A stretch of DNA of 64,000 nucleotides from positions 640,001 to 704,000 of the forward strand of contig OY781092.1 in NCBI GenBank assembly GCA_963676615.1. Direction: 5' to 3'. Below are positions 1-10,157 of this stretch, piece after piece. This stretch comes from Candidatus Cloacimonadota bacterium. Its GTDB lineage: Bacteria > Cloacimonadota > Cloacimonadia > G963667145. The notes under the pieces were generated by a model. The model searched no databases. It was not told the origin of the DNA and saw nothing but the letters and a program-made list of their open reading frames with translations. The stretch's first letter is position 1. Each line of letters starts with the position of its first letter. Made by a program: the position numbers and the translations under genes.

Positions 1-134
1 TCGCCTTTTTTGGGCTGATAATTCATCGATTTTATCAGATTGCCCTCGATTAAAATGTTTGTATTTCTCAGCTCGTCCTTGTTCTGATTTTGCGTCGCCA
101 CAACCAAAGGGTTTTTGATTAAGATTTTACTCAT
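1..134 (-). CDS. N-terminal fragment of a probable amidohydrolase/deaminase-family protein (runs off the window)
   Basis: Hand translation from ATG at 134 gives MSKILIKNPLVVATQNQNKDELRNTNILIEGNLIKS..., resembling the N-terminal beta-domain of metal-dependent amidohydrolases; AAGGAG RBS upstream. Not in the ORF track. Confidence 0.55.
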   Translation of the reverse strand, partial: MSKILIKNPLVVATQNQNKDELRNTNILIEGNLIKSMNYQPKKG

Positions 135-232
135 CTTTGTCAGCTCCTTGATAACTTTTATTCACATAAAATTATGAGCGTATCTTATTTGCCAAGCAAA
201 ATTTACAAATTTAGAAAAAAAGATTAAAAAGG

Positions 233-259
233 TTGACATCTTCACGATAAGTATTTAAT
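233..259 (+). promoter_or_regulatory. Putative sigma70-type promoter of the dcw operon
   Basis: TTGACA at 233-238 and TTTAAT at 254-259, upstream of AAGGAGG RBS and mraZ ATG. Confidence 0.5.
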
Positions 260-294
260 AGTCATAAAAAATCAGAAAAAGTCAAGGAGGTGCA
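241..294 (+). promoter_or_regulatory. 10-bp-phased NTCA direct repeats, candidate MraZ operator
   Basis: TTCA(241), GTCA(261), ATCA(271), GTCA(281), plus weaker GTAT(251) and TGCA(291), in exact 10-nt register between promoter and mraZ start. Confidence 0.45.
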
Positions 295-296
295 AA

Positions 297-731
297 ATGT
301 CTGGTCGTTTTAATGGAGTTAGCGAAGTTACCCTAAATCAGCTCAGGGTCGTTATTCCGTCTCAAATGAAAGAAAAATTCGCTCCAGAATCGCTGGGTAG
401 AGTTGTGCTGACAGTTGGTGTCGGCAAGTCTATCGTTTTGTATCCTCTGGATAATTGGGACGAGTATTGCAGGCGAATGGAAGAGGGAACGGACGAGCAG
501 GTGGCGATTATCGACTATTTGGCGGACTATGCAAAGGAGCAGAAAATCGAGGCTTCGGGCAGAGTGAAAATCGATCAGGAACTTTTGGAATATGCGGGAA
601 TCACCGACAAGGCGATTTTGAAAGGCAACGGAAATTACATCTCTTTGTGGGCGCCAGACGAGCATCAAAAGAAAATAGAGGAAGGGCTCAAGCGTTTTTC
701 CAATCTTACGCCAAAAGATTTGCGAGGCTAG
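297..731 (+). CDS. mraZ: Transcriptional regulator MraZ
   Basis: 144 aa, two AbrB-like halves (RVVIP, LYPLDNW, GRVKI..LLEYAGI), first gene of dcw before rsmH. Confidence 0.9.
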   Translation: MSGRFNGVSEVTLNQLRVVIPSQMKEKFAPESLGRVVLTVGVGKSIVLYPLDNWDEYCRRMEEGTDEQVAIIDYLADYAKEQKIEASGRVKIDQELLEYAGITDKAILKGNGNYISLWAPDEHQKKIEEGLKRFSNLTPKDLRG

Positions 732-1628
732 ATGGACAAGCATATTTCGGTGCTGTTGAGCGAGAGCATTAGCCAGCTAAATATAAAGCCTTGTGGGGTT
801 TATGTGGATTTGACGCTGGGAGAAGCAGGACACACCAAAAAGATTTTGGAGACGGACGAGACCTGCTTTGTGTATGGCGTTGATCGAGATCAGCGGGCGC
901 TGGATTTTAGCGAAAAAGTTTTAGAAAATTTTGCGGGACGGTTTAAGTTGTTAAAATCGGATTTTGCATCTTTTAGGTCGGCTTTGGCTTTGCAAAAAGT
1001 GGGCAAAGTTGATGGGATTTTGCTCGATTTGGGAGTTTCGACGGTGCAGGTGCTTTCGGCAGAAAGGGGTTTTAGCTACACATACGAGGGCGAGCTGGAT
1101 ATGCGAATGGACAGATCTTTGAGCCTTACAGCCGAAAAAGTGGTGAACACTTTTAGCGCGGAGAGGTTGAAAAAGATTTTTTATGAATATGGAGACGAAA
1201 AAAAAGCGGGCTACTACGCAAAACTTATCGAAAAAGCAAGGCCTTTGCGGACGACGCTGGATTTAGCAAAAATTATTGGTTTGCACAACAAAAAGGCTTT
1301 GTCTCGGGTGTTTCAGGCGATTCGTATTTTTGTGAATGGCGAGCTGGAGCAAATCGAGCAGGTTATTCCCAAAGCGGTGGACGCACTGAAAGTTGGTGGT
1401 CGCTTGGCGATAATCTCTTATCACAGCAAGGAGGACAGGATTGTGAAGCAGCTGTTTAAGAAGTTTTCGCAAAGTTGTCAGTGTCCGCCAGAGTTGCCAG
1501 AGTGCGTTTGTGGATGCAGCCCGAAGTTAAAAATTATCACGAAAAAGCCGATTTGTCCGACGGACGAAGAGGTGAGAGAAAATAAAAGAGCCCGGAGCGC
1601 GAAGCTGCGAGTGGCTGAAAGGAGGTAG
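732..1628 (+). CDS. rsmH: 16S rRNA m4C1402 methyltransferase RsmH
   Basis: HISVLL, DLTLGEAGH, DLGVS, LDMRMD, ISYHSKEDR, RARSAKLR motifs. Confidence 0.97.
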   Translation: MDKHISVLLSESISQLNIKPCGVYVDLTLGEAGHTKKILETDETCFVYGVDRDQRALDFSEKVLENFAGRFKLLKSDFASFRSALALQKVGKVDGILLDLGVSTVQVLSAERGFSYTYEGELDMRMDRSLSLTAEKVVNTFSAERLKKIFYEYGDEKKAGYYAKLIEKARPLRTTLDLAKIIGLHNKKALSRVFQAIRIFVNGELEQIEQVIPKAVDALKVGGRLAIISYHSKEDRIVKQLFKKFSQSCQCPPELPECVCGCSPKLKIITKKPICPTDEEVRENKRARSAKLRVAERR

Positions 1629-1630
1629 AG

Positions 1631-1930
1631 ATGAAAAAAATGGCGGTTTTGCTGATGTTTTTGGTTGTTGTGGGCGCCGTGAGTGGACGCTTGAACAAAA
1701 AAGAGTTGCGAGAAAACACAAAAGAGATAAATCTTTTGGAGTATTCCAATTCGCTTTTGGTTGCCGAAAACAGACACATAAAAAGCGAAGTTAATCGATT
1801 GACACAAAGCTATAAGCAAAAATTTTTGTCGGGAGAAGATTTGGATATGGTCTTGCCCAAAAAAATCTTTTATGCAAAAGTGGACGAAGGAGAAGTAAAC
1901 TTGATTTTCGTGTTTACTGATAAAATATGA
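1631..1930 (+). CDS. ftsL: FtsL-like cell division protein
   Basis: N-terminal hydrophobic helix followed by a coiled-coil-like segment; canonical position between rsmH and ftsI. Confidence 0.55.
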   Translation: MKKMAVLLMFLVVVGAVSGRLNKKELRENTKEINLLEYSNSLLVAENRHIKSEVNRLTQSYKQKFLSGEDLDMVLPKKIFYAKVDEGEVNLIFVFTDKI

Positions 1931-4014
1931 AACTTATTAGAATAATCAATTTCGTTCTCCTGGTCTTCACTGTTGTCTATCTGTTTGTTGTGCAAGTGGT
2001 TGACCCATACGATTTGGCAAAAGATTGGCAAACTCTCAACATTCCACGCAAAAAACTTTTGGTAGCCAAAAGAGGCGATTTTTACGACCGCTTCGGCAAA
2101 ATTCTTGTCAGTTCGGACAATTTTTATCAGATAGATGTGGATAAGAATATCTTGAGTATTTACTCGCAAAAGGAGAAGGTTAAAGAGAGCTTGCCAGAGA
2201 TTTATATGGCGGTGGCAGATATTTTGGAGCTCAACTTGGGAATTGACGCCTACTCTGTTCTGACAAAGTCGCCCAAATTGAACTCTGTTTATATCAAAAA
2301 TATGGTGCCAGCTGTCACTTTGCGGAAAATTCGAGAAAGTTTTGCAAAAAAAAAACTACCGCAGCCTTTGGTTAGCTACAACGGCGCTAAAAGGGTCTCT
2401 TTGATCGATTTGGGACTGGAGCCTGTCATCGGGCAAACCAAAAGTGTGAGCAAAGAGGTGATGGACAGCAGGGAGTTTCGCGAGGATTTGATAGGTGTCA
2501 GCGGGCTGGAGAAATTTTTTGAGCAATCTTTGCATGGCGCAGACGGTTGGCAAAAATTTTATGCCAACGGAACGCCTTTTGTGCAGGGGCGCTACACAAA
2601 AAAACCGAAAGACGGCGCAAATATTTTTTTGACGATAGACAGCGATATTCAAGAGATTTTGAGTTCTACGCTCAAAAAAAACATCAAAAAGTATAAAGCA
2701 AAGTCGGCAATGGGTTTGGTGATGAATCCGAACACTGGCGAAATTTTGGCGTGTTGCGGCTACAAATATAGCGACGGCAAGGTCTCTTTGCCTTTTGCGA
2801 ACTATACTGTCTCGTATCTTTTTGCTCCTGGTTCGACGATTAAGCCTTTCATTTTGCAGCTTGGTTTGGACGAAGAACTTTTTAGCCAAGACACAAAAAT
2901 CGATTGCTCGCCATACAAAGTCAAGGGCGAAAGTCGGATGATAAAAGACCACTGGACGAACCGAAAAAGCGACACTTTGACTTTTGAGCAAATTTTGCAA
3001 TATTCTTCCAATGTTGGAGTGATGAAAGTTGCCGAAAAAATCGGCGGCGAGCTGTTGTATAAACGGTTGAAAAAGCTAGGGTTTGCCTCCTATCTACTCA
3101 CGGATATGTATGGCGAGTCGTCTGGAATTTTGCGCGACCCGTCGCAATGGAGCGACTACACGCTGACCTCTTTGGCGATTGGTCACGAGATCGCCCTAAC
3201 GCCCATTCAACTGGCTAGCGCCTACGCCAGCATCGCCAACGGCGGATTTTTGCTTCGTCCATACATCGTAAAGCGGATCGAGTATTCAGACGGCAGAGTG
3301 GAGGCACGCGATAAAAAGATTTTGGCGAAAATTTCCAACAAAAAAAATGTGAATTTGCTCAAAAAAATGATGAGCAAAGTTGTTGAAGGCGGAACGGCGC
3401 TGAAAACCAAAATCAAAAATATGCATATCGCCGGCAAAACGGGAACAGCGGAGGAGATTGCCCGAAGCAGCAAAGATAATTTGGTGCATTCGTCATCTTT
3501 TTGCGGATTTTTCCCGCTCGAAAATCCAAAATATTTGATTTTGACAGTTTTCGAGGACGCAAAAGGCGTTTATCATTACGCTTCAAAATCCGCTGTGCCA
3601 ACATTTCGGGAAGTTGTAACGAAGATGATAATCGACCCGAAAATCAATGTTATTGGCAACGAGCCGTTTTTGGTGATGCCTGATTTGAAAGGCTTGAGCA
3701 AATCTAAGGCGGAGTTTATTTTGAGCGAGGCTGGCATTGTCGGAAAGTTTGAGCAAAAAAACGCTGGCGACACCATCGTTGTTGAACAATTTCCCAAATC
3801 TTACCTCAAGTTTGCCAAGGGCATTCCCGCGACCGTGATTTTGGGCAAAGAAGCGGACGAGCCGCAGGAAGAGAAAGTGAATTTCGTGGGGTTGACTCTC
3901 AGAGAAGCTTTTGGATTGGCGCAAAAAAAGAACATCAACATCGAAGTTGTCGGCTCGGGAATTGTGCAATCGCAACACGATTTTGGCTTTGTGTTGGATT
4001 TGAGGGCAGAGTGA
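1927..4014 (+). CDS. ftsI: Class B penicillin-binding protein (FtsI/PBP3) with C-terminal PASTA-like domains
   Basis: N-terminal TM, KRGDFYDR, PGSTIK (SxxK), YSSNVG (SxN), KTGT, and MPDLKGLS / NFVGLTLREA PASTA-like segments. Confidence 0.92.
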   Translation: MKLIRIINFVLLVFTVVYLFVVQVVDPYDLAKDWQTLNIPRKKLLVAKRGDFYDRFGKILVSSDNFYQIDVDKNILSIYSQKEKVKESLPEIYMAVADILELNLGIDAYSVLTKSPKLNSVYIKNMVPAVTLRKIRESFAKKKLPQPLVSYNGAKRVSLIDLGLEPVIGQTKSVSKEVMDSREFREDLIGVSGLEKFFEQSLHGADGWQKFYANGTPFVQGRYTKKPKDGANIFLTIDSDIQEILSSTLKKNIKKYKAKSAMGLVMNPNTGEILACCGYKYSDGKVSLPFANYTVSYLFAPGSTIKPFILQLGLDEELFSQDTKIDCSPYKVKGESRMIKDHWTNRKSDTLTFEQILQYSSNVGVMKVAEKIGGELLYKRLKKLGFASYLLTDMYGESSGILRDPSQWSDYTLTSLAIGHEIALTPIQLASAYASIANGGFLLRPYIVKRIEYSDGRVEARDKKILAKISNKKNVNLLKKMMSKVVEGGTALKTKIKNMHIAGKTGTAEEIARSSKDNLVHSSSFCGFFPLENPKYLILTVFEDAKGVYHYASKSAVPTFREVVTKMIIDPKINVIGNEPFLVMPDLKGLSKSKAEFILSEAGIVGKFEQKNAGDTIVVEQFPKSYLKFAKGIPATVILGKEADEPQEEKVNFVGLTLREAFGLAQKKNINIEVVGSGIVQSQHDFGFVLDLRAE

Positions 4015-6644
4015 AAAAAGTTGCCGACATTAAAGTTTCTGAACACACAGGAGTAGCAACCGATTCTCGCTTGGTCAAGCCTGGCTTTATCTTCGTTTGC
4101 GTAAAAGGATTTTTGCAAGACGGACACGATTTTGCGGCAAAAGCTGTGGAAAACGGTGCAACTTTGGTCGTAGCAAACAAAAAACTAGATGTAAAAGTTC
4201 CTCTAGTTTTGTGCGAAAACAGCAAAATGGCGGCTGTCTGCTTATCAGACAAGTTTTACAAAAATCCTTCTTCAAAGCTCAAGCTGATAGGCGTTACGGG
4301 GACGAACGGCAAGTCAAGTGTCTGCTTTTTGGCTCACAAAATTATGAGCAATCTTGGTTACAAAGTTGGAGCTATCGGAACGGGAAAGTATCTGATAGGC
4401 GATAAAGAGTATAAAAACCAGCGAACAACGCCCGACATTGTGGAGCTTCGAGAGATTTTGGCGAAGATGGTTGATGCCCAAATTGAGTATGTTTTTATGG
4501 AGGTTTCGTCGCATGCGATAGCTCTAAATCGCATTGATGGGCTCGATTTCGATGTTGCTTGCTTTACCAATTTGTCGCAAGATCACTTGGATTTTCACAA
4601 AAATATGCAAGATTATGCGAGCGTTAAGCTCGGTTTTGTAGAAAAAGTCGTCCGCGAAGATGGGGTTGCCTTGGTAAATGGCGACGATACTTTTGCAAAA
4701 TCGCTGACGCTGCCGAGTGTGAAAAGAGTGTCAAAAATCGATAAAAACGCCGACTATTTTTTTGAAGAAAAAGAGGTTTCGCTATTTGGTTGTAAATTTT
4801 TGCTAAATGGAGAAAAATGCCACTCTTCGCTTTTGGGCGAAGTAAATCTTTTTAACTCTGCTTTCATTTTGAGCTTGCTCGACACGCTTTTGGGTAAAAT
4901 TTTCACCAAAAATTTGCAAGAAATTTTGCCGTTAGCTGGCAGATATAACTTATTTAGTAACAATGTTTTAGTGGATTATGCGCACAGCCCAGAATCTTTG
5001 GAAAAAGTTTTGCAGTTTGCGCAAAACCAAAATAGGCGGCGAGTCATCACGCTTTTTGGTTGTGGCGGCGATAGAGACAAAAAAAAACGCAAAATTATGG
5101 GCAGATTGGCGGAAAAATATTCCGATTTGGTGATTTTGTGCGAAGATAACTCCCGTAGTGAGTCTGTAGAAAACATTCTTGCAGAGATTTCCGAAGATTT
5201 GTCGAAAAAGAAACTCGTTTTTATTCGCTCCAGAAAAAAGGCGATAGATTATGCGCTGTCGTTGTGCGGGGAAGAAGATCTGCTTTTGATTTTGGGTAGA
5301 GGCGCCGAAGCCACGCTGGATAGGGGTTTTCAGAAATTGCCGTTTTCTGATTTGGAATATCTAAAAAGTGAGCCGAAACCTGCCTTCTCACGAATTTTTG
5401 ACCCTTTTTGGATAGAAAATGTTTTGCAATCCAAATTTTTGCAAAAATTTCCTATCGACTTCGTTTTTGAGCAAATTTCGACCGATTCCAGAACGATACA
5501 GCCAAATTCGCTGTTCATCGCTTTGCCTGGCAAAAAGTTCGATTCAGCTCAATTTTTGGACGAAGTTTTGCAGGTGGAGGGTTGCTGTGCGATTGCAGGC
5601 AAAGATTGTCCCCAAAACAGCGAAAAAATTTTGAAAGTGGAGAGCACTCTGCAGGCTTATCAGCTTTTGGCGAAAGCGTATTTAAGTCAATTTGCCGTAA
5701 AAAAAATCGGCATAACAGGCAGCGTGGGCAAAACGACCACCAAAGAGATGCTCTACAATTTGCTCAGCCAAGACGGGCTGACTCTAAAAACGCAAGCAAA
5801 CGAAAATAATCAGGTTGGTGTGCCGAAAACGGTCTTTAATTTGCGTCCTGACCACAAATATTTGCTTGTCGAGATGGGGACAGACCGCTTTGGCGAAATC
5901 GAGACTTTGGCAAAAATTGTCGAGCCCGATATCGGCATTATTACTAATATCGGTGGCTGTCATTTGGACGCTTTTGGCGATAAACAGGGCGTTTTTCGGG
6001 AGAAAAGCAAGCTTTTTGAACACAGCAAAATGAAGCTGACTCTCGATCGAGATTTTTTCGCAAACAGTTTGTGCTATGAGTTTCAACGGAAAAATGAAGA
6101 ACTTTTGGTGAAAATTGAAGGAAGCACTTTTACTCTCGGAAATCAGCCAGAATTTCGAGCTCAATCGGCTGCTTTGGCGATAAAATCTGCGCTTTTGCTA
6201 AAAATCAACAATTCAGCCATCCAAGCAGGTTTGCTTTTGCCGCTAGAGATGAGTAACCGCCTGGAATGCAAGACGATAGGTGGTGTTGATTTTATTTTTG
6301 ACTGTTACAACGCCAATCCGCAATCGATGAAAGCGGCGATAAATTTTTGGCAAAATTACAAAAAAGAGCGAAACCACTATGCGATTTTGGGGCAAATGCT
6401 GGAGTTGGGAAAAATGGCGAAAAAGTATCATCAAGAGATTGGAAAATTGCTAACAGGGGGTGTGGTTTATGGAGTTGGAGCTTTGGCGAAAAATTATAAT
6501 CCCACTTATTTTTTTGCCGATATTGCGGCTCTGGAGCAAGATTTGCCAAAATTTAAAAAAGGCGATGTCGTTCTGATAAAAGGCTCAAACGGCGTGAGTT
6601 TGTCGAGCCTAAAAGAAATTTTTATAAAAAAAATGGAAGGGTAA
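4011..6644 (+). CDS. murE/murF: Bifunctional MurE-MurF fusion ligase
   Basis: Two Mur-ligase units in one ORF: GVTGTNGKS, MEVSSH, TNLSQDHLDFH, DYAHS, GCGGDRD, DNSR (MurE); then STDSR, ITGSVGKTTTKEM, NNQVGVP, DCYNANP, LGQMLELG, KGSNG (MurF). Confidence 0.93.
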   Translation: MKKVADIKVSEHTGVATDSRLVKPGFIFVCVKGFLQDGHDFAAKAVENGATLVVANKKLDVKVPLVLCENSKMAAVCLSDKFYKNPSSKLKLIGVTGTNGKSSVCFLAHKIMSNLGYKVGAIGTGKYLIGDKEYKNQRTTPDIVELREILAKMVDAQIEYVFMEVSSHAIALNRIDGLDFDVACFTNLSQDHLDFHKNMQDYASVKLGFVEKVVREDGVALVNGDDTFAKSLTLPSVKRVSKIDKNADYFFEEKEVSLFGCKFLLNGEKCHSSLLGEVNLFNSAFILSLLDTLLGKIFTKNLQEILPLAGRYNLFSNNVLVDYAHSPESLEKVLQFAQNQNRRRVITLFGCGGDRDKKKRKIMGRLAEKYSDLVILCEDNSRSESVENILAEISEDLSKKKLVFIRSRKKAIDYALSLCGEEDLLLILGRGAEATLDRGFQKLPFSDLEYLKSEPKPAFSRIFDPFWIENVLQSKFLQKFPIDFVFEQISTDSRTIQPNSLFIALPGKKFDSAQFLDEVLQVEGCCAIAGKDCPQNSEKILKVESTLQAYQLLAKAYLSQFAVKKIGITGSVGKTTTKEMLYNLLSQDGLTLKTQANENNQVGVPKTVFNLRPDHKYLLVEMGTDRFGEIETLAKIVEPDIGIITNIGGCHLDAFGDKQGVFREKSKLFEHSKMKLTLDRDFFANSLCYEFQRKNEELLVKIEGSTFTLGNQPEFRAQSAALAIKSALLLKINNSAIQAGLLLPLEMSNRLECKTIGGVDFIFDCYNANPQSMKAAINFWQNYKKERNHYAILGQMLELGKMAKKYHQEIGKLLTGGVVYGVGALAKNYNPTYFFADIAALEQDLPKFKKGDVVLIKGSNGVSLSSLKEIFIKKMEG

Positions 6645-7745
6645 ATGTTTTATTTTTTATACGAACTTTACGGCAAAGAAAGTATCTATTTCAATGTCTT
6701 TCGCTATGTGACCTTCAGGTCTGCGATGGCTTTTGTGACGGCGTTTTTGTTCTCTTTTTTGGTTGGACCTTGGGCGATAAGATTTTTCAAAAAGATAAAA
6801 ATTGTGGAAAGCATCAGCAGTCATTTCCCAGAGCATAACGCCAAAAAAGGCACGCCATCTATGGGCGGAGTGATTATTATCGCGGGGCTTCTTCTGTCGT
6901 CAATTCTTTGGAATAAATTTACCGACGCCCACATTTTAATCCTCTATTTTGTGACGATTTGGCTCGGACTTTTGGGTTTTTTGGACGATTACCTAAAAAA
7001 CATAAAAGGCTACGGCGATGGTTTGGTGGCGAAGCACAAACTTTTGGGGCAAGTGGCTTTGGCGGTAATCGTGCTGTGTTTGCTCTACATCATTCAGCCC
7101 GATTTGACGCTGCTGAGCAGGGTCTCGGTGCCTTTTCTCAAAAACAGTTACTGGGCAATCGGCTATCTATTTATCCCTTTTGTGGTTTTTCTGATTGTGG
7201 GCTCGTCCAACGCGGTGAACATCAGCGACGGACTCGACGGACTGGCTAGCGGGCTTATCTGCATCTGCCTTGTTCCGCTGGGAATTTTAGCCTATATGAA
7301 AGGCAACCTCTTTCTTTGCAGTCACTTCCACCTCGATTTTATAAAAGAAAGTTCCGAAATTTGTGTCTTCATTTTTGCGATGATCGGCACGACCCTTGGC
7401 TTTCTTTGGTATAACATCAAACCAGCCCAAATTTTTATGGGAGACACAGGCTCGCTCTGCCTTGGCGGCCTCATCGCCGTGATTTCTATCATCATCCGAG
7501 AGGAGCTTTTTTTGGGCATAATTTCGTTTATTTTCATCATCGAGACGCTCTCCTCGTTCTTGCAAACGACTTATTTTAAATACACGAAACGAAAGTTCGG
7601 CAACGGCAAACGGCTATTTTTGTGCGCGCCGCTACATCATCATTTCGAAAAAAAGGGGCTTTCGGAAGAAAAAATCGTGATAAGATTTTGGATAATCGCC
7701 TCAATTTTCGCAGCTTTAGCGCTGATAACCATTAAACTTCGCTGA
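6645..7745 (+). CDS. mraY: Phospho-N-acetylmuramoyl-pentapeptide transferase
   Basis: KKGTPSMGG, GFLDDY, NAVNISDGLDGL, IFMGDTGS, APLHHHFE. Confidence 0.97.
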   Translation: MFYFLYELYGKESIYFNVFRYVTFRSAMAFVTAFLFSFLVGPWAIRFFKKIKIVESISSHFPEHNAKKGTPSMGGVIIIAGLLLSSILWNKFTDAHILILYFVTIWLGLLGFLDDYLKNIKGYGDGLVAKHKLLGQVALAVIVLCLLYIIQPDLTLLSRVSVPFLKNSYWAIGYLFIPFVVFLIVGSSNAVNISDGLDGLASGLICICLVPLGILAYMKGNLFLCSHFHLDFIKESSEICVFIFAMIGTTLGFLWYNIKPAQIFMGDTGSLCLGGLIAVISIIIREELFLGIISFIFIIETLSSFLQTTYFKYTKRKFGNGKRLFLCAPLHHHFEKKGLSEEKIVIRFWIIASIFAALALITIKLR

Positions 7746-7751
7746 TTTGCT

Positions 7752-9029
7752 ATGCTAGATTTTACCAAAAAATTTTGCGTGCTGGGCGCTGGCAAATCGG
7801 CTCTAGCGGCGGCTTTGCGACTAAAAAAAATGGGGGCAGAAGTTTTTGTGTCCGATTGCGGCAAAAAATCTTTGGCGGATTTGAAAAAACTTGGCGTCGA
7901 TTTTGAAGTCGGGGGGCACACCCAAAAGGTTTTGGAATGCGACTATCTCGTGGTTAGCCCAGGAATTCCGCTGAGTGTCAGCATCATCCAAAAAGCCAAA
8001 GAAAAAGGCTGTGAGATTTTATCGGAGATGGAGCTTGGTTATCGGCTCAAGCCCGCAGAAACAAAGGTAATTGCAGTGACAGGCACCAACGGCAAAAGCA
8101 CGGTGGTTTCGCTGATAAAGCACATTTTGGATGTCGCAGGAGTCAGCTCAGAGCTGGCTGGCAACATCGGCATCCCGATAACTAGCATCGATTTTTCGCA
8201 AAAAAAAGTGGACTATTTGGTTTTGGAACTCTCCAGTTTTCAGCTGGAACTTTTGGACAACTTTAAGGCGGATGTCGCTCTTTTTCTTAACTTTACCAAA
8301 GATCATCAAGACCGATATAGCGGAATGTTCGACTACTTTCAGGCGAAAAAAAATATTTTTAACAATCAAACAGAAAAAGATAAGTCGATAGTCAGCAAAG
8401 AGATTGCAGGTTTAGATTTGGAAAAAACGCCGCTTTTTGTCGAAGATTTTTTGCAAAATGGGGCTATCGAAGTTGACGGTTTTTCTTTTGTTAACGCCAA
8501 TCCAAAGCTGCTTGGCGAGCACAATTTTATCAACATAGCTTTTGCGGTTTTGGCAACGATTGGCGTTGTTCAGCCAACCAAAATTCAAGAAGCGATAAAC
8601 AGCTTTCAGCCGCCGAAACATCGTCTGGAAGTTTTTGCAAAAAAGAACGGCGTCACTTATGTCAACGACTCCAAAGCGACCACAATTCGCTCGACCGAGT
8701 GCGCTTTGGACGCATTTTCGCAAAAAGTTATCGTTATTTTGGGAGGCTCGGACAAAGGCGAAGATTTTGCGCAGCTGCTACCAAAATTGCAAGAAAAAGC
8801 AAAAAAAGTTTTTTTAATCGGGGAGACAGGCAAAAAAATGGCAACGATTTTTGGCGACAAAATCGATTGCGAGTATTTTCAAAATCTGGAAAATTGCGTG
8901 TCAAAAAGTAAGGCTGTTGCCCAACAAGGCGACATTGTGCTGCTGTCGCCAGCGTGCGCAAGCTACGATATGTTCGACAATTTTGAGCAGCGTGGCGAAA
9001 TTTTTAAATCTTTGGTGACGAAATCATGA
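7752..9029 (+). CDS. murD: UDP-MurNAc-L-Ala--D-Glu ligase
   Basis: VVSPGI, TGTNGKST, GNIG, LELSSFQL, DHQDRY, NDSKAT, LSPACASYDMF. Confidence 0.96.
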   Translation: MLDFTKKFCVLGAGKSALAAALRLKKMGAEVFVSDCGKKSLADLKKLGVDFEVGGHTQKVLECDYLVVSPGIPLSVSIIQKAKEKGCEILSEMELGYRLKPAETKVIAVTGTNGKSTVVSLIKHILDVAGVSSELAGNIGIPITSIDFSQKKVDYLVLELSSFQLELLDNFKADVALFLNFTKDHQDRYSGMFDYFQAKKNIFNNQTEKDKSIVSKEIAGLDLEKTPLFVEDFLQNGAIEVDGFSFVNANPKLLGEHNFINIAFAVLATIGVVQPTKIQEAINSFQPPKHRLEVFAKKNGVTYVNDSKATTIRSTECALDAFSQKVIVILGGSDKGEDFAQLLPKLQEKAKKVFLIGETGKKMATIFGDKIDCEYFQNLENCVSKSKAVAQQGDIVLLSPACASYDMFDNFEQRGEIFKSLVTKS

Positions 9030-9044
9030 TGAAAGGAGGTGATT

Positions 9045-10148
9045 ATGATTAGTTTTTTCAAAAAATCGGATAAAATTTTGTTGAGTTCATACTTTTGCCT
9101 TTTGCTTTTGGGGCTGTATTTTGTGCTCGACATCGCGTCGTATGGGTATTTTCTCAAGTTTATTAAGCAGATAATTTGGGTCGTTTTTTCGTTTTTGGCG
9201 GTGCTGATTGCTTTTAATCTCAATCTGGAAAAGCTGAAGCGATTTATTTTTCCGATGGTTATTGTAGTGGGTATTTTGCTGATTTTGGTTTTGTTTTTTG
9301 GAGAAGAGATACGAGGCGCCAAAAGGCTTTTAGATTTTGGCTTTGTTAATTTTCAACCCAGTCTGCTAGCCAGAATTGTTTTGATATTTTATTTCGCCTA
9401 TATTTTAGAGAAAAAACAAGCGGCTAACATCTTCAATTTCCACGATTTTATCTCGCAATACAAGCAACTTATTTTCGTCTCGATTTTGTTTTTTTCGTTG
9501 ATTTTGGGCGGTCGTCACCTGAGCATTTTGATTATTTTGGGATTTTCGCTGCTTATGATGTTGGTGGCTGCGGGTTTGCGCAAAAAAATACTTTTCACGA
9601 TTTTGGTGATTTTGCTGGTTTTAATCGGCACAGTTATTGGCGTTGGAGCGAACTTTCGGATGAAAAGAATCGATGTTTATAAAAAATACAACCTGCTTAC
9701 CAGCAAAGATACATCGCTGACTTTAGCCGATGGGTCAGACTATTCCACCAAACAAAGCCTTATGGCGATGGCTTCTGGCGGATTTTTTGGCAGTGAGGGC
9801 AGAGCCAAAGACGAAAATTTGCCAGAGGCGGAAACTGACTACATTTTTTCCATAATCGGCGAAGAGTTCGGCTTTGTCGGCGCTTTTTTTGTCTTGCTTC
9901 TATACGCCTTCATTTATTTCCGCACGCTCAAACTGGTTAACGACGAAGATAATTTATACCGAAAACTTTTGGCAGTTGGGCTCGTTCACAACATTTTTTA
10001 CAACGCAATAGTCCATGTTGGCGTCACCACTTCGATGCTCCCGGCAACCGGCGTCACCCTGCCGTTTATTAGCTATGGCGGCACATCGATGTTGGTGAAC
10101 TCGTTCTCTATTGGCTTGCTTTTGAACCTGACCAAAAAAAAGGTGTAG
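9045..10148 (+). CDS. ftsW: SEDS peptidoglycan glycosyltransferase FtsW
   Basis: Multi-TM; GAKR, FQPS, LPEAETDYIFSIIGEEFG, TGVTLPFISYGGTS. ATG at 9045 follows AGGAGG (alternative GTG at 9039). Confidence 0.93.
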   Translation: MISFFKKSDKILLSSYFCLLLLGLYFVLDIASYGYFLKFIKQIIWVVFSFLAVLIAFNLNLEKLKRFIFPMVIVVGILLILVLFFGEEIRGAKRLLDFGFVNFQPSLLARIVLIFYFAYILEKKQAANIFNFHDFISQYKQLIFVSILFFSLILGGRHLSILIILGFSLLMMLVAAGLRKKILFTILVILLVLIGTVIGVGANFRMKRIDVYKKYNLLTSKDTSLTLADGSDYSTKQSLMAMASGGFFGSEGRAKDENLPEAETDYIFSIIGEEFGFVGAFFVLLLYAFIYFRTLKLVNDEDNLYRKLLAVGLVHNIFYNAIVHVGVTTSMLPATGVTLPFISYGGTSMLVNSFSIGLLLNLTKKKV

Positions 10149-10157
10149 CAAAAAAAA

